This document shows positions 52,811 to 62,584 of a DNA stretch of 64,000 nt, piece after piece. The notes below the pieces were generated by a model. The model had not been told where the DNA came from, did not search any database, and worked only from the letters and a program-made list of their open reading frames with translations. The DNA lies in assembly GCA_963754925.1 (NCBI GenBank), contig CAVWHX010000011.1:157982-221981 (forward strand), written 5' to 3'. The position numbers were made by a program, and so were the translations under genes. The DNA comes from an uncultured delta proteobacterium (lineage in GTDB: Bacteria > Myxococcota > B64-G9). How positions within the stretch are numbered: position 1 is the stretch's first letter; the number at the start of each line of letters is the position of its first letter.

Positions 52811-54468
52811 CGCGTGGATTCGGGAAAAGAAGTGGCGGGGGTGCTCGCCGGCGCACCGCCACGAGCCACCGCTTCTATTGCGGCGAAAAAATCGGCTGCC
52901 TGGATCGGCTTGGCGAGGAACCCATCCATACCAGCCTCCTGACAACGCCGCTGATCTTCATGAAACACGTGAGCGGTCATGGCAAGAATAGGAACTCGCC
53001 TCTCCCCGGAGCCCTCGCGCTCCCGAATCGCCCGGGTGACTTGCAGGCCGTCCATCTCTGGCATCTGCACATCCATCAGGATCAAATCAAACGCCCCCGG
53101 CTGATACAGCTGCAGCGCCTCCTTCCCGCTCGAAGCTACCTGAGCGGTATGACCGCGCTTACGCAGCAGCTGTACGGCGAGCTCTTGATTGATGACATTA
53201 TCCTCTACGACTAGCACCCGCATGGACTTCTGGGATTGCTGCGCGTGCGCAGCCGTGGCGTCAACCCGCACCTTCGGTATGATACAACGAGCAACCAAAG
53301 AGAACGAGCTGCCCTGGCCGAGCTGACTTTCGACGCCGATGCGTCCGCCGAGCAACTCCGCCAGCTTTCGCGAGATAGCCAGTCCCAAACCAGGGCCGCC
53401 GAAACGCCTGTTCGTTGAGCCGTCCGTCTGGGCAAAGGGATCGAAGATCTGACTAACCTTGTCATGCGGGATTCCAATCCCGGTATCGCTCACCTTAATC
53501 AGCACGTCGACCTGCTGGTCTTGGCGCAGGCCGGCGTCAACCGAAACGCGTATCGTTCCCTGCTCGGTAAACTTGATGGCGTTGCTCACGAGATTGAAAA
53601 CAATTTGACTAAAGCGGCGCGGGTCTCCGAGTACAACTTTTGGCAGATCGGTTGCATAGTTAACCTGAAACATGAGGCCTTTTGTTTCGGCGCGGCGCTC
53701 CAACGGCTTGAGAGTTTCGTTGAGGGCGGAAACTAAATCGAAGTTGATGTTCTCGAACTCCAAGGTGCCCGCCTCGATTTTTGCATAATCCAGTAAATCA
53801 TTCACCAGCGATACGAGTGAAGCGGCCGATGCCTGCGCCATCGCGAACTGCTCACGCATTTCAGGTGGCAGGGCGTCTTCTCGCGCCCGGCGCGTTATTC
53901 CTAAGATTCCGTGGAGCTGGCTGCGAATCTCATACGAGATAGTGGCCAAAAACTGGCTTTTGGCGCGGTTGGCTTGCTCGGCGCGTTCCTTGGTTCGTTT
54001 GAGTTCTTCACCGGCTTGCTGAGTGACCAGCCTATCGGCCTCGACCGTCCGTTGCAGATCGAACAGCATAGCGTTGATTGCCGTTGCCAGCGCCTCAACC
54101 TCACCGGGGAGCGACAGCTCAATCCGCTTCGATAGGTCGTGCTGCTTCCCGATCTCCGCTACCGCCATGCGCAGGCGGGCCACGGGCGAAAGGACGGTGT
54201 AGTGGATGACGAGCATGATAGAGACGGCCGAAAGCGACCAAAACACCAGAAGCAGCAAGCCAAATGTTTGCATAGACAGCACGATCTGTGGATCGAGTTG
54301 GTCGGCGTTATCGAGAAAAATCATGACCCCGGCCAGGAACAACACAGCGCACAGCCCTCCAAGGACTGCTACTGTCGCGCCGAGAGTATTGGCCCGCAAC
54401 CGCACGATCGATGCCTTATCAGGAGCGCACCCAAGGCGCTCGCACGACGACTCGAAAACAATCGCCAA
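52807..54468 (-). CDS. Membrane HAMP hybrid histidine kinase/receiver with His-to-Tyr H-box (pseudokinase candidate)
   Basis: 2 TM + HAMP; AKSQFLATISYEIRSQLHG; NLVSNAIKFT, DTGIGI, GLGL; receiver VEDN...LMD...AKP. Confidence 0.88.
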   Translation of the reverse strand: MAIVFESSCERLGCAPDKASIVRLRANTLGATVAVLGGLCAVLFLAGVMIFLDNADQLDPQIVLSMQTFGLLLLVFWSLSAVSIMLVIHYTVLSPVARLRMAVAEIGKQHDLSKRIELSLPGEVEALATAINAMLFDLQRTVEADRLVTQQAGEELKRTKERAEQANRAKSQFLATISYEIRSQLHGILGITRRAREDALPPEMREQFAMAQASAASLVSLVNDLLDYAKIEAGTLEFENINFDLVSALNETLKPLERRAETKGLMFQVNYATDLPKVVLGDPRRFSQIVFNLVSNAIKFTEQGTIRVSVDAGLRQDQQVDVLIKVSDTGIGIPHDKVSQIFDPFAQTDGSTNRRFGGPGLGLAISRKLAELLGGRIGVESQLGQGSSFSLVARCIIPKVRVDATAAHAQQSQKSMRVLVVEDNVINQELAVQLLRKRGHTAQVASSGKEALQLYQPGAFDLILMDVQMPEMDGLQVTRAIREREGSGERRVPILAMTAHVFHEDQRRCQEAGMDGFLAKPIQAADFFAAIEAVARGGAPASTPATSFPESTR

Positions 54469-54542
54469 CGGTGTATCGCTTCTTAATAAACGTTACTGCT
54501 TTTTCCCACTTGAGGCAAGTAGCGACGTCGTTCAATACCCGA

Positions 54543-55418
54543 TCAGTACGGGGCAGTTTTGGCGCCAACAATTGGCATTCGAATAAAAAAGGTCGCCCCA
54601 CGTCCCGGCTGAGACTCGAAGCGAATGGAACCACCATGCCGTTCAACAACAATCATTCGGGCGATCAACAACCCTCGGCCAGCGCCGTGGCCAACCTTTT
54701 CGGTGGTGATAAACGGTTCGAATAGCCGTGAGCGAATCGTCTCAGGAATACCGACGCCCGTATCGGCAATAGAAACCTCTACCTCGCTCCCTCTATGTTC
54801 GGAGGCGACGCGGATGACGCCGCGGTTATCGGTGGTTCCAACTTTATCTGCTATAGCATGAGCGGCATTGATTATCAGACTCAAAAAAACTTGGCCGATC
54901 TCTGACGCATGGCAGAGCACCATCGGCAGCTCGTTGAGGTCGGTCTCAACATCGGCGACACTCCTGTATTCATGACGGGCAATGGTCAAGGTGCTTAACA
55001 AGACCTGGTTGAGATCGGTTGGGGCTTTTTCCTTTTGCATTGGGTGAGCGAATGCTTTCATGGCCCGGACAATGTCGGTCAACCGCTCGCAGTCCTCAAG
55101 GGTGTGATCAATTGCCTTGGGCACATTGGATTCAAGATAGTCGAAGTCAACATCCTCGCGGAGCTGCTCAATGATATCAAGCAGCTCACTATCCACGACA
55201 CCGGTCTTACAACGTTTGCAGAATTCAAGCAGTTTGTGCGCTAAGAGCAATACATCCTGAAACGAATTTCGTATATAGTATGCGTTGTCGCTCACGAACT
55301 GAATGGGTGCGTTGATCTCCTGAGCGATCCCGGCTGCCAGCCGGCCGAGAGTTTCGAGCCTGTTAGTGAACAACATCGCATCGATTGGTTGTTTATCCCT
55401 TTTAGGCTCTCCCGACAT
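54543..55418 (-). CDS. Soluble NtrB-type histidine kinase-like protein with His-to-Gln H-box (pseudokinase candidate)
   Basis: GRLAAGIAQEINAPIQF; QVFLSLIINAAHAI, DTGVGI, FITTEKVGHGAGRGL; start uncertain (55418 or 55451). Confidence 0.8.
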   Translation of the reverse strand: MSGEPKRDKQPIDAMLFTNRLETLGRLAAGIAQEINAPIQFVSDNAYYIRNSFQDVLLLAHKLLEFCKRCKTGVVDSELLDIIEQLREDVDFDYLESNVPKAIDHTLEDCERLTDIVRAMKAFAHPMQKEKAPTDLNQVLLSTLTIARHEYRSVADVETDLNELPMVLCHASEIGQVFLSLIINAAHAIADKVGTTDNRGVIRVASEHRGSEVEVSIADTGVGIPETIRSRLFEPFITTEKVGHGAGRGLLIARMIVVERHGGSIRFESQPGRGATFFIRMPIVGAKTAPY

Positions 55419-55637
55419 CAAAATCTCCGCAGCTTCTACCCTCGGGCACAACGAGAGGGGAGTAGTTCATTCCACAGTTAATATCGACACGATCAAGAGG
55501 AAGTTGAGAAAAACTCCTTCAATAACATTGAGGTTTTCTCACTGCCGAAAGAGGCTGTGTTGGTATCGAATTGATCTAATCCAGAGAAAAGAGCAACCAA
55601 CGGTTTCAGGTATGGTCAGGTCAAGGATATATATATT

Positions 55638-56240
55638 TTATTTTATGTTAGTGACTAACTCAACGCGATGACTCTCCCAGGAAAGTATTTCGGCAAGAGC
55701 CTTGTCGCTCGTTACCGCTCCAACGTGCATATCAGTCAGCTTTCCCCTAGAAAAAACCACGGTGCCCGTTTTGTCGGTTCCGCAAACTTGGATTGTGCAA
55801 CTCCTCTGTTCCATTGCAAAAAGCTGAAGTACCGTGACCAATGAGACACTGTTGTCCTTTCCGGCTGCCCTTCGCTCAAGACACTTTCGAATCGTGCCGA
55901 CCAAAACGCTGGCGCTGACAGGCTTGCTGAGATAAATACAGGTCCCGCCAAGATTCGTAAGCGGCAATTCTTTTTCAATCACATATCCGGATAGAATAAT
56001 CACCGGCATACGTATTTTATTATTCAACATATACAGAATTAGATCGTATCCAGACATCGCGGGCATTACTAAATCGGTAATCAATAATTCAATTTTTTCG
56101 GACTTCAATTTTTCAACGGCCTGCCGTCCATCCTGCTCCGCTATCACCTGATACTCGGGACCCAGGGTTTCAATTCCTCGGGCGGTAACCCCCAGGAAAA
56201 GTGGATCATCATCAACAAGCAAAATCTTTTTCTTCAACAA
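55638..56240 (-). CDS. Response regulator receiver + DUF4388/PATAN-like domain
   Basis: LLVDDD, ITDLVMP, SKP; C-terminal VSLVTVLQLFAMEQRSCTI...ALAEILSWE. Confidence 0.8.
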   Translation of the reverse strand: MLKKKILLVDDDPLFLGVTARGIETLGPEYQVIAEQDGRQAVEKLKSEKIELLITDLVMPAMSGYDLILYMLNNKIRMPVIILSGYVIEKELPLTNLGGTCIYLSKPVSASVLVGTIRKCLERRAAGKDNSVSLVTVLQLFAMEQRSCTIQVCGTDKTGTVVFSRGKLTDMHVGAVTSDKALAEILSWESHRVELVTNIK

Positions 56241-56503
56241 CCAGCACCCCCAAGCTAAAAAGAACCTTCTTCATATCGAGCCCATATTGTTTAATTGCTC
56301 GGCTCGACCACTATTGAGAAAGTCGCCTCATTTGGAGAAAACTTAAGTAGTGTTTTTTTAAAAAGATCCGCCACCTACCGACGGCTCTACATCCCCCCAT
56401 CCCCCCCACAAAACTTATAAAGCCTATCAAAGCTAGGTGGCGGCCTAAAACAGTAATAAGGTTTTCAAGGTACGGACCTAACTACCAGCCGAGCCTTTGT
56501 TCC

Positions 56504-56520
56504 CGCAGAATTCATGCCAG
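56504..56520 (-). promoter_or_regulatory. Putative sigma54 (-24/-12) promoter
   Basis: Minus strand CTGGCATGAATTCTGCG: GG-N10-GC spacing; AT-rich region upstream. Confidence 0.55.
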
Positions 56521-56742
56521 ATTCATTGAATTGTAAAATTGCTATTTTACTTGAGATAATTAATCGTCACGATCATAACGTTCGGTAAAATAGTACCCAC
56601 CTGGTCAGGGCCGATGGGCCATCAAACAATTTGAAATAAATGCCTAAAATTAATGCATTGACAATACCGAGCACTGGGTCAATAACCACCTGCAAGGTAT
56701 TTAATCACCCTGACGGTAACTCGTCGCGAAGAGTTTTTCAGA

Positions 56743-59173
56743 TTGACAGACCACGGGGTGAGTGATACCCAACTTGTTCTTGAAATGTTCCTCGAAGAAT
56801 CCACGGCCAGACAACTTGGTTTTGACGAAATTCGGGAGGCGCTCGCGCACGAAGCGCTCACTCCCCAAGGAAAAGCCCTGTGCCGCGCTCTGACACCAAG
56901 TTCCCACATCGAACAAATTATGCGCGCTCAAGCACGCTGTAAACAGCTCATCGCACGTATGGATCGAGGCCATGCGCTTCCTATCGAAGAGGTTGAAGAC
57001 ATCGAGGACGATCTCTCCCGGGCAACCAAAGCCGGTACGCTTACCCCGGAGGCTATACGCCGGGTGGCCCGAGCCATGGTCGTCAGCTCTCATGTTCGTC
57101 AGGCTCTTTTTGCCACCGACAACTCACTCTCCGAGGCATTAGTTGAGCTCGGCTGCGATAGTCATGATCTGCTTGGTCAAGGAAACGATTTCCTGAGAGC
57201 GTTCGATGAGAGCGGCGAATTGCGCGATAGCGCCAGTCCCGAGCTCTTCGAAGCGCGCCGCCGGGCGCGTTCTCTGGCTGAAGGTATCCGCCTGAGGCTT
57301 GAGAAACTGATCCGCCAACCGCTGGTGGCGGCGTGTTTGCAGGAGCCGATCATCACCCTGCGCCAGGACCGTTACGTATTGCCGGTGCGCAGCGATACCC
57401 GGGGGCCCATCACCGGAATCGTTCACGATACTTCTCAGTCGGGTGCAACCTTGTTCATCGAACCGCATGAGATAATCGAAGATGGCAACCGTCTAAAAAT
57501 CGCCAGCGCCGAGGTTCACGAACAGCAGCAACGCATCCTCCAGGAATACTCGCGCGAGATAGCTATGCTTACTGCGCAGCTACACGATAATCTGCGCATG
57601 CTCGCCGCAGCTGATTTGGTTTCCTGCGGCGGCGAAGCTCAAAAAGATCCTACGCGCCGAGCTAATTGACGTAACGGGCAAAGCCGTTAACCTTCGGCAG
57701 GCCCGTCACCCTGGTCTGGTGCTCGCTCATGTGGACGTGGTTCCGAACGATATCGAGTTGCCAAAAGGCAGGCGCGCCCTGGTCGTCAGCGGACCGAACG
57801 CCGGCGGTAAAACCGTTGTGCTTAAAACCCTCGGACTCATTGCCCTCATGGCCCAAGCTGGTCTACCCATTCCCGTTGCTGAGGATTCGCATTATTGCGT
57901 TTTTACTAAACTTTTTGCCGTCATCGGCGATGATCAGGACCTGCACCGCGGGCTGTCAACGTTTTCAGCCCACGTGGCGGCCCTTGCCCGCATTCTCGAG
58001 CACGCAGGACCAGGAACGCTCGTGTTGCTCGATGAGCTGGCGCAAGACACCGACCCACGCCATGGAGCCGCTTTGGCCGGCGCAATCGTTCGCGCGTTGG
58101 TCCGCCGGGGCGCAGTGGTACTCGTGTCCACACACTTTGAGGAGCTCAAGACGCTTGCCTACCATGACCCACTGGTTGCCAACGCCAGCGTCGGGTTCGA
58201 CGTCGAGAACTTGCGGCCAACCTTTGTGCTGCATCCAGATATCCCCGGCCGAAGTCTTACCCTCGATATCGCCAGCAAGTGGCAGATTCCCGAATCAGTC
58301 ATTGCAGATGCCGCTGCCCAACTGGATGTCAGCGAGCAGCGCTTCGATCAAATGCTCGCCAATCTCGAGCAGGAACGCCAGGCTCTTACCGAGCTCAAAA
58401 ATGACTTTTCGGCTCGGCTCAAAGAGGTCGAACAAGAATCCTTAGAGCAACAGCAAACACGGGCGGAGCTCGACCGCCAACGCAATGAGCTGCATACGCA
58501 AGCCGCTCAACAACTACTGGCGGAAATTCACGAGAGACGGCGCGAGGTTGCCGCATTAATCGAATCGCTCAAGCACACGCCATCACTCAAACGCGCTGTG
58601 GAAGCGAGCGAAGTGCTGAAACGGCACGAGGAAGAGCTCGTCGAGCGCGCTTTGGACCGGGTACCGAAAACCCATGACGCCAGTTCAGAGGTCGCGGCGA
58701 TCAAAGTCGGCGATCAGGTTCGCATTACGCACCTTAACCAAATCGGCCAGGTTGTCTCGCTCGACGACGGTGAGAAGAACGCAACGGTGCACGTTGGCTC
58801 AATGAGCATCCAGGCACCGCGGCAACAACTCCGGTTGCTCAAGAAAAAGCCTTCCCCGAAAAAACAACACCAGGGTACACCGGCGCAGCCTCGGGCGAGC
58901 GCTGATATCGCGCCACTCGAAGTCCGGTCTTCAACCAACACGCTGCTGTTGCGCGGCATGCGGGCCGACGAAGCGCTTCACCTGCTCGAGAGTTTTCTGG
59001 ATCGATTGTTTGGGGCCGATGAACATTACGCCTTCCTCATTCACGGGCGCGGCACGGGCGCTTTGAAAACGGCCGTGCGGAACTACCTCAAACGCTCGCC
59101 GTATGCCCAGGAATTCCGCAGCGGCACGCTCGAGGAAGGCGGAGACGGTGTTACGGTGGTGAAATTGAAATGA
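56743..59173 (+). CDS. mutS2: Endonuclease MutS2 (with Smr domain), frameshift near 57623
   Basis: GIVHDTSQSGATLFIEP, ARHPGL, SGPNAGGKT, LSTFSAH, LLDEL, STH, C-terminal LRGMRADEA...IHGRGTG...GGDGVTVV. Confidence 0.93.
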
Positions 59174-59192
59174 GCGCGGCCTGCGGCGAGTC

Positions 59193-59275
59193 CTGGATCC
59201 CCCCTTCCGCGGGGATGACAACTATTCGTTATAATGCTGTGTGGTATCAGTCATTCCCACGAAGGTGGGAATCCA
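59193..59275. repeat. GTCAT(T/C)CCC-type REP-like palindromes between convergent genes
   Basis: ctggatccccccttccgcggggatgaca and gtcattcccacgaaggtgggaatcca. Confidence 0.75.
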
Positions 59276-59282
59276 AATCGGT

Positions 59283-59492
59283 TTAGGCTTTATCGATACA
59301 CTCGGGAACCGGACATTCGGCTTTGCACTGCGGGCCGCCTTCCTTATCCGCGCATTCGGTACATTTATCCGCCAGAATCCGATACACCATCTCGCCCGAC
59401 GAATCGGTCTCTTCTAAAATTGCTTCTTTCGGGCACACCATGACGCAGGCACCGCACTTGAGGCATTCTTCTATAATGATCTTCATTGCCAT
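59283..59492 (-). CDS. 2x[4Fe-4S] ferredoxin
   Basis: CLKCGACVMVCP and CTEC...QCKAECP; AGGAG RBS upstream. Confidence 0.88.
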   Translation of the reverse strand: MAMKIIIEECLKCGACVMVCPKEAILEETDSSGEMVYRILADKCTECADKEGGPQCKAECPVPECIDKA

Positions 59493-59584
59493 ACCGGTTC
59501 TCCTTTTCAAAGTCGTCTCACCAAGATCTGTTTTCGCTCCGGTGAATCGGAACCCAAAAGGTATAGACGCCATTGACAAACCTG

Positions 59585-60181
59585 TCAACCATTTTTCCGC
59601 TCTTTGGCTTTCGCAAGCCTCCTGAGTAACCACGCCATGTTTTCGCCGAGCGTGCGCATGGTTTGCATGCCTTCCTGGTCGCCCTCAACCTCGCCAATAT
59701 TGCGGCCGATGCCGATGTTCCAGTAACTCGAACCGGGGATGATCATTTGGTTGATGAGGAAAAAATGGTTGAGCGTGTCAAACGCATGGATCGCGCCGGC
59801 GCGGCGCACCGCAACCACCGCGGCGCCGACCTTGCGCCGGTACAGGTCATCATTGGCTCGACCGACGAGTCCCGTCCGGTCAATCAGGGCCTTGATCTCG
59901 GGAGTGACATCCGAAAAGTAGGTCGGAGACGCCAGGATGATCCCGTCGGCGGCAGCCATCTTATCGATACACTCATTGACGATGTCGTTTTTCACGGCGC
60001 AACGCCGGTCTTTGTTTTCTCGACAGCGGTAGCAAGCCCTGCAACCACGGATGGTCTTACCAGCAAGCTGGTAGAGCTCGGTTTCGATCCCGGCTCGTTC
60101 CAATTCGCCGAATACCGTCCGAACCAATATGGCGGTATTGCCGTCCTTGCGAGCGCTGCCATTGAAGGCGACCACTTTCAT
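59585..60181 (-). CDS. Flavodoxin-like iron-sulfur flavoprotein / NADPH-dependent FMN reductase
   Basis: [17 protein letters not shown]...C, ASPTYF, KALIDR, PGSSYWN. Confidence 0.9.
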   Translation of the reverse strand: MKVVAFNGSARKDGNTAILVRTVFGELERAGIETELYQLAGKTIRGCRACYRCRENKDRRCAVKNDIVNECIDKMAAADGIILASPTYFSDVTPEIKALIDRTGLVGRANDDLYRRKVGAAVVAVRRAGAIHAFDTLNHFFLINQMIIPGSSYWNIGIGRNIGEVEGDQEGMQTMRTLGENMAWLLRRLAKAKERKNG

Positions 60182-60327
60182 AGAGTTAACCTCCGTATGC
60201 CAAAATTAAAGAACTCGATGGTATGGGTAGCCTACAACCAGGAGGAAAGTCAACCAGCAGATTGACTGAAGTATTGGTTCAATCTATCGTTGCAAGAAGG
60301 GGACGGTGCGAGGCGCGCATACCTCGA

Positions 60328-61186
60328 TTATCTCTTCGACTTGGCGCCAATTGCCATTTGAGGCAACGGAGAGGTAGGCTTTTTATCGGGCAAATGCAGT
60401 AGCGGGCTCAGGCGGAGAATGAGGGGAATAACCTCACCGGTATGAACTAACTCCATATGATCGTAGGTGGTTTTTATATTGAGGAGCCTGGCTTCTTTTT
60501 CGGCTCTGGTGAATTCGGCGTAGTCCCGGGGAAAACTATTTCGGAATACAGAAAATTTTAAACTGGTTGGAGAAACGCTGGCTATTTTCGAAGGTCTCGA
60601 CACCGACCAGAATCAGGCGCCGTTGCCGAACATGAGTATCGCCAATCCATTTGCCGAACTCCTTCTCGTTGTTGTATAAGCCATCAAGCAAGATAACTTC
60701 TTCAACACTTGGATTGTCGAGCCAGCAAAGGATGTTGCGATACGCACCACTATGGCCTATGACTACCACTGGCCCGGAGGGCCGTTGCTGTTTGATCCGC
60801 CTAAAAACCAACGACAGCAGTTGATCGAGGTCTTCCCAGTAAACATCCTCATCATCGTCAATCGGCGATTCGGGCGCTATAAAAAAGGCGTTCTGACGAC
60901 TTTGCCAAAATTGCTCGGGTAACCCGTACTGCCCCCACGATTCGTCCGCAGAATCATAGTAGCCATGGAGATATATCACGATACCGGCGGCAGTTGGATT
61001 GAAATCCTCGGGACGCCACGCGTACACAACGCCATCTTCGGTTTGAAGCCGCCACTGGACCCCGTGGGCGGCGAGACTTTTTTCCACGGTCAACTTAGGT
61101 GGCGTTTTCGGATTATCAGCGGCATGGGCCGCTTTCGCCATGAGAAGCGGCATCATCAAGAGAAGCGGTGCCCAGCGTACCATCAT
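60328..61186 (-). CDS. Exported alpha/beta-hydrolase-fold hypothetical protein, frameshift near 60550
   Basis: Signal peptide, IYLHGY, GHSGAY, LLDGLY; candidate catalytic His (YDHMELV) in ORF 60328..60603. Confidence 0.65.
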
Positions 61187-61285
61187 TTATTCGCTCCTTT
61201 TAAGCTACTGCACCGACGTCGTATCTTCAGGTAGATCGATTAACGTCGGCCTTTCTTCCTGCCGAGCGACTCTCGCTGGGAAGGT

Positions 61286-62494
61286 TTAAAGCATGTGATT
61301 GTTTCCCGTTGCGTCAACGTAACCATAGCGAAACGGAACTTTCTGATAGGGTTGTGACTTCCACAAGTTTCGAAACTCGTTGTTGTATTCAGCACTGGCT
61401 TTCAGAAGAGAACCGGTGAATTTGCCGAGTGTTTTTTGTTCGAATCCCGCCTTGGCCGCGTACTTGGGTGGGATCCCGGTGCTGTCTGATATCATATACG
61501 CCATGTTCGAAAGGAGATAGTTACGAATCTTCATAAAATTGTCCGACCAGAGGGTGTACGAAGCCGCCTTGGTCATGGCCGTTACGCGGCCCAGACGAGT
61601 TAGAAACGTGAAAAGCTCGGGAGTAATGCCGTCGTTCGTAAGGTCTGCGGCGATATGTCGGTGAATCCGGACTGGCGTATCGGCAGTTGATCCGCGCGGC
61701 CGAAAGGCAATTTCGACGTCAGAGAACGCCACCGAAAAATCAGGATTGGCCCAGCGCGGCCTGAAGCGCCTGGCGTTTTTCTTCTCGAGCTGGGCAATGT
61801 CTTCCAAGGTGATGTAATGCAGACTCCCGTCCGGTTGGAATCTGAAATAGCGCACCGACACGGGCTCGTAACCCTGTATTGATAATCCTACCAAGAAATA
61901 CGCGAGCTGCCCCGGGATGCCACCCCGTTGCTCTGCCTGCAAGCTATCCGTCAGGGAGTCGCTAAAATTGAGGAGACCGGAAATGCTTCGGCGAAACAGT
62001 CGGAGACTTTGGGACAATTGGGCGCGCGGAATCGTCAAGAAGCGTCGGGGGTCGCCGGCGTATTCCATGGAGATGGTGACGATGTTCTGAGCGGTCGGGA
62101 AGGTCGTCAGCGCCGAAAGAAGATCGCCGCCGCCGAAAGGATACACCACGGTGCTGGGTAAGCCCGCCGGAATGAGCTTGGCGATGAACTCCTTTGCTTG
62201 GGGCAGGTACTTTTTAGCGTAGCCCTCCATGCGTGGCAACATTTCGCGGCAGTGGGCTGCGACAATCTCGGCGTCAATCGTTGCCGGAAGCGGATCATCA
62301 CCGGTGCACGCGGCCACGCGATAGAGCGCCTTGGCATCGGTTATGAAGTCGTGCCCATGGGGCTCGTCTGGATACACGGCCGGTGTCAAAGCATCCTCGG
62401 CGCCCGCTGCCGCGGTCCAGCTCCACAAAACCAAAATCAACACGATGGCGTGAGACACCTTCTCCGAGCGATATGGTCTGTCGATAATGATCAT
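61286..62494 (-). CDS. Exported hypothetical protein
   Basis: Signal peptide; VVYPFGGGD, KAASY, SDSTGIP, PFRYGY; may really extend to 61205. Confidence 0.7.
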   Translation of the reverse strand: MIIIDRPYRSEKVSHAIVLILVLWSWTAAAGAEDALTPAVYPDEPHGHDFITDAKALYRVAACTGDDPLPATIDAEIVAAHCREMLPRMEGYAKKYLPQAKEFIAKLIPAGLPSTVVYPFGGGDLLSALTTFPTAQNIVTISMEYAGDPRRFLTIPRAQLSQSLRLFRRSISGLLNFSDSLTDSLQAEQRGGIPGQLAYFLVGLSIQGYEPVSVRYFRFQPDGSLHYITLEDIAQLEKKNARRFRPRWANPDFSVAFSDVEIAFRPRGSTADTPVRIHRHIAADLTNDGITPELFTFLTRLGRVTAMTKAASYTLWSDNFMKIRNYLLSNMAYMISDSTGIPPKYAAKAGFEQKTLGKFTGSLLKASAEYNNEFRNLWKSQPYQKVPFRYGYVDATGNNHML

Positions 62495-62584
62495 TTCTTT
62501 TCTCTTGGGAACGCGTTATGGGGTATCTTCTTCCCTCATTCGTCAACCCCAGCATGGGGCTTTGAGAAGTATAGGATAACCGCA

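Noticed and set aside
62198..62584. N-terminal extension of the amino acid permease
   Set aside because: Overlaps the divergent gene; permease similarity begins at 62585
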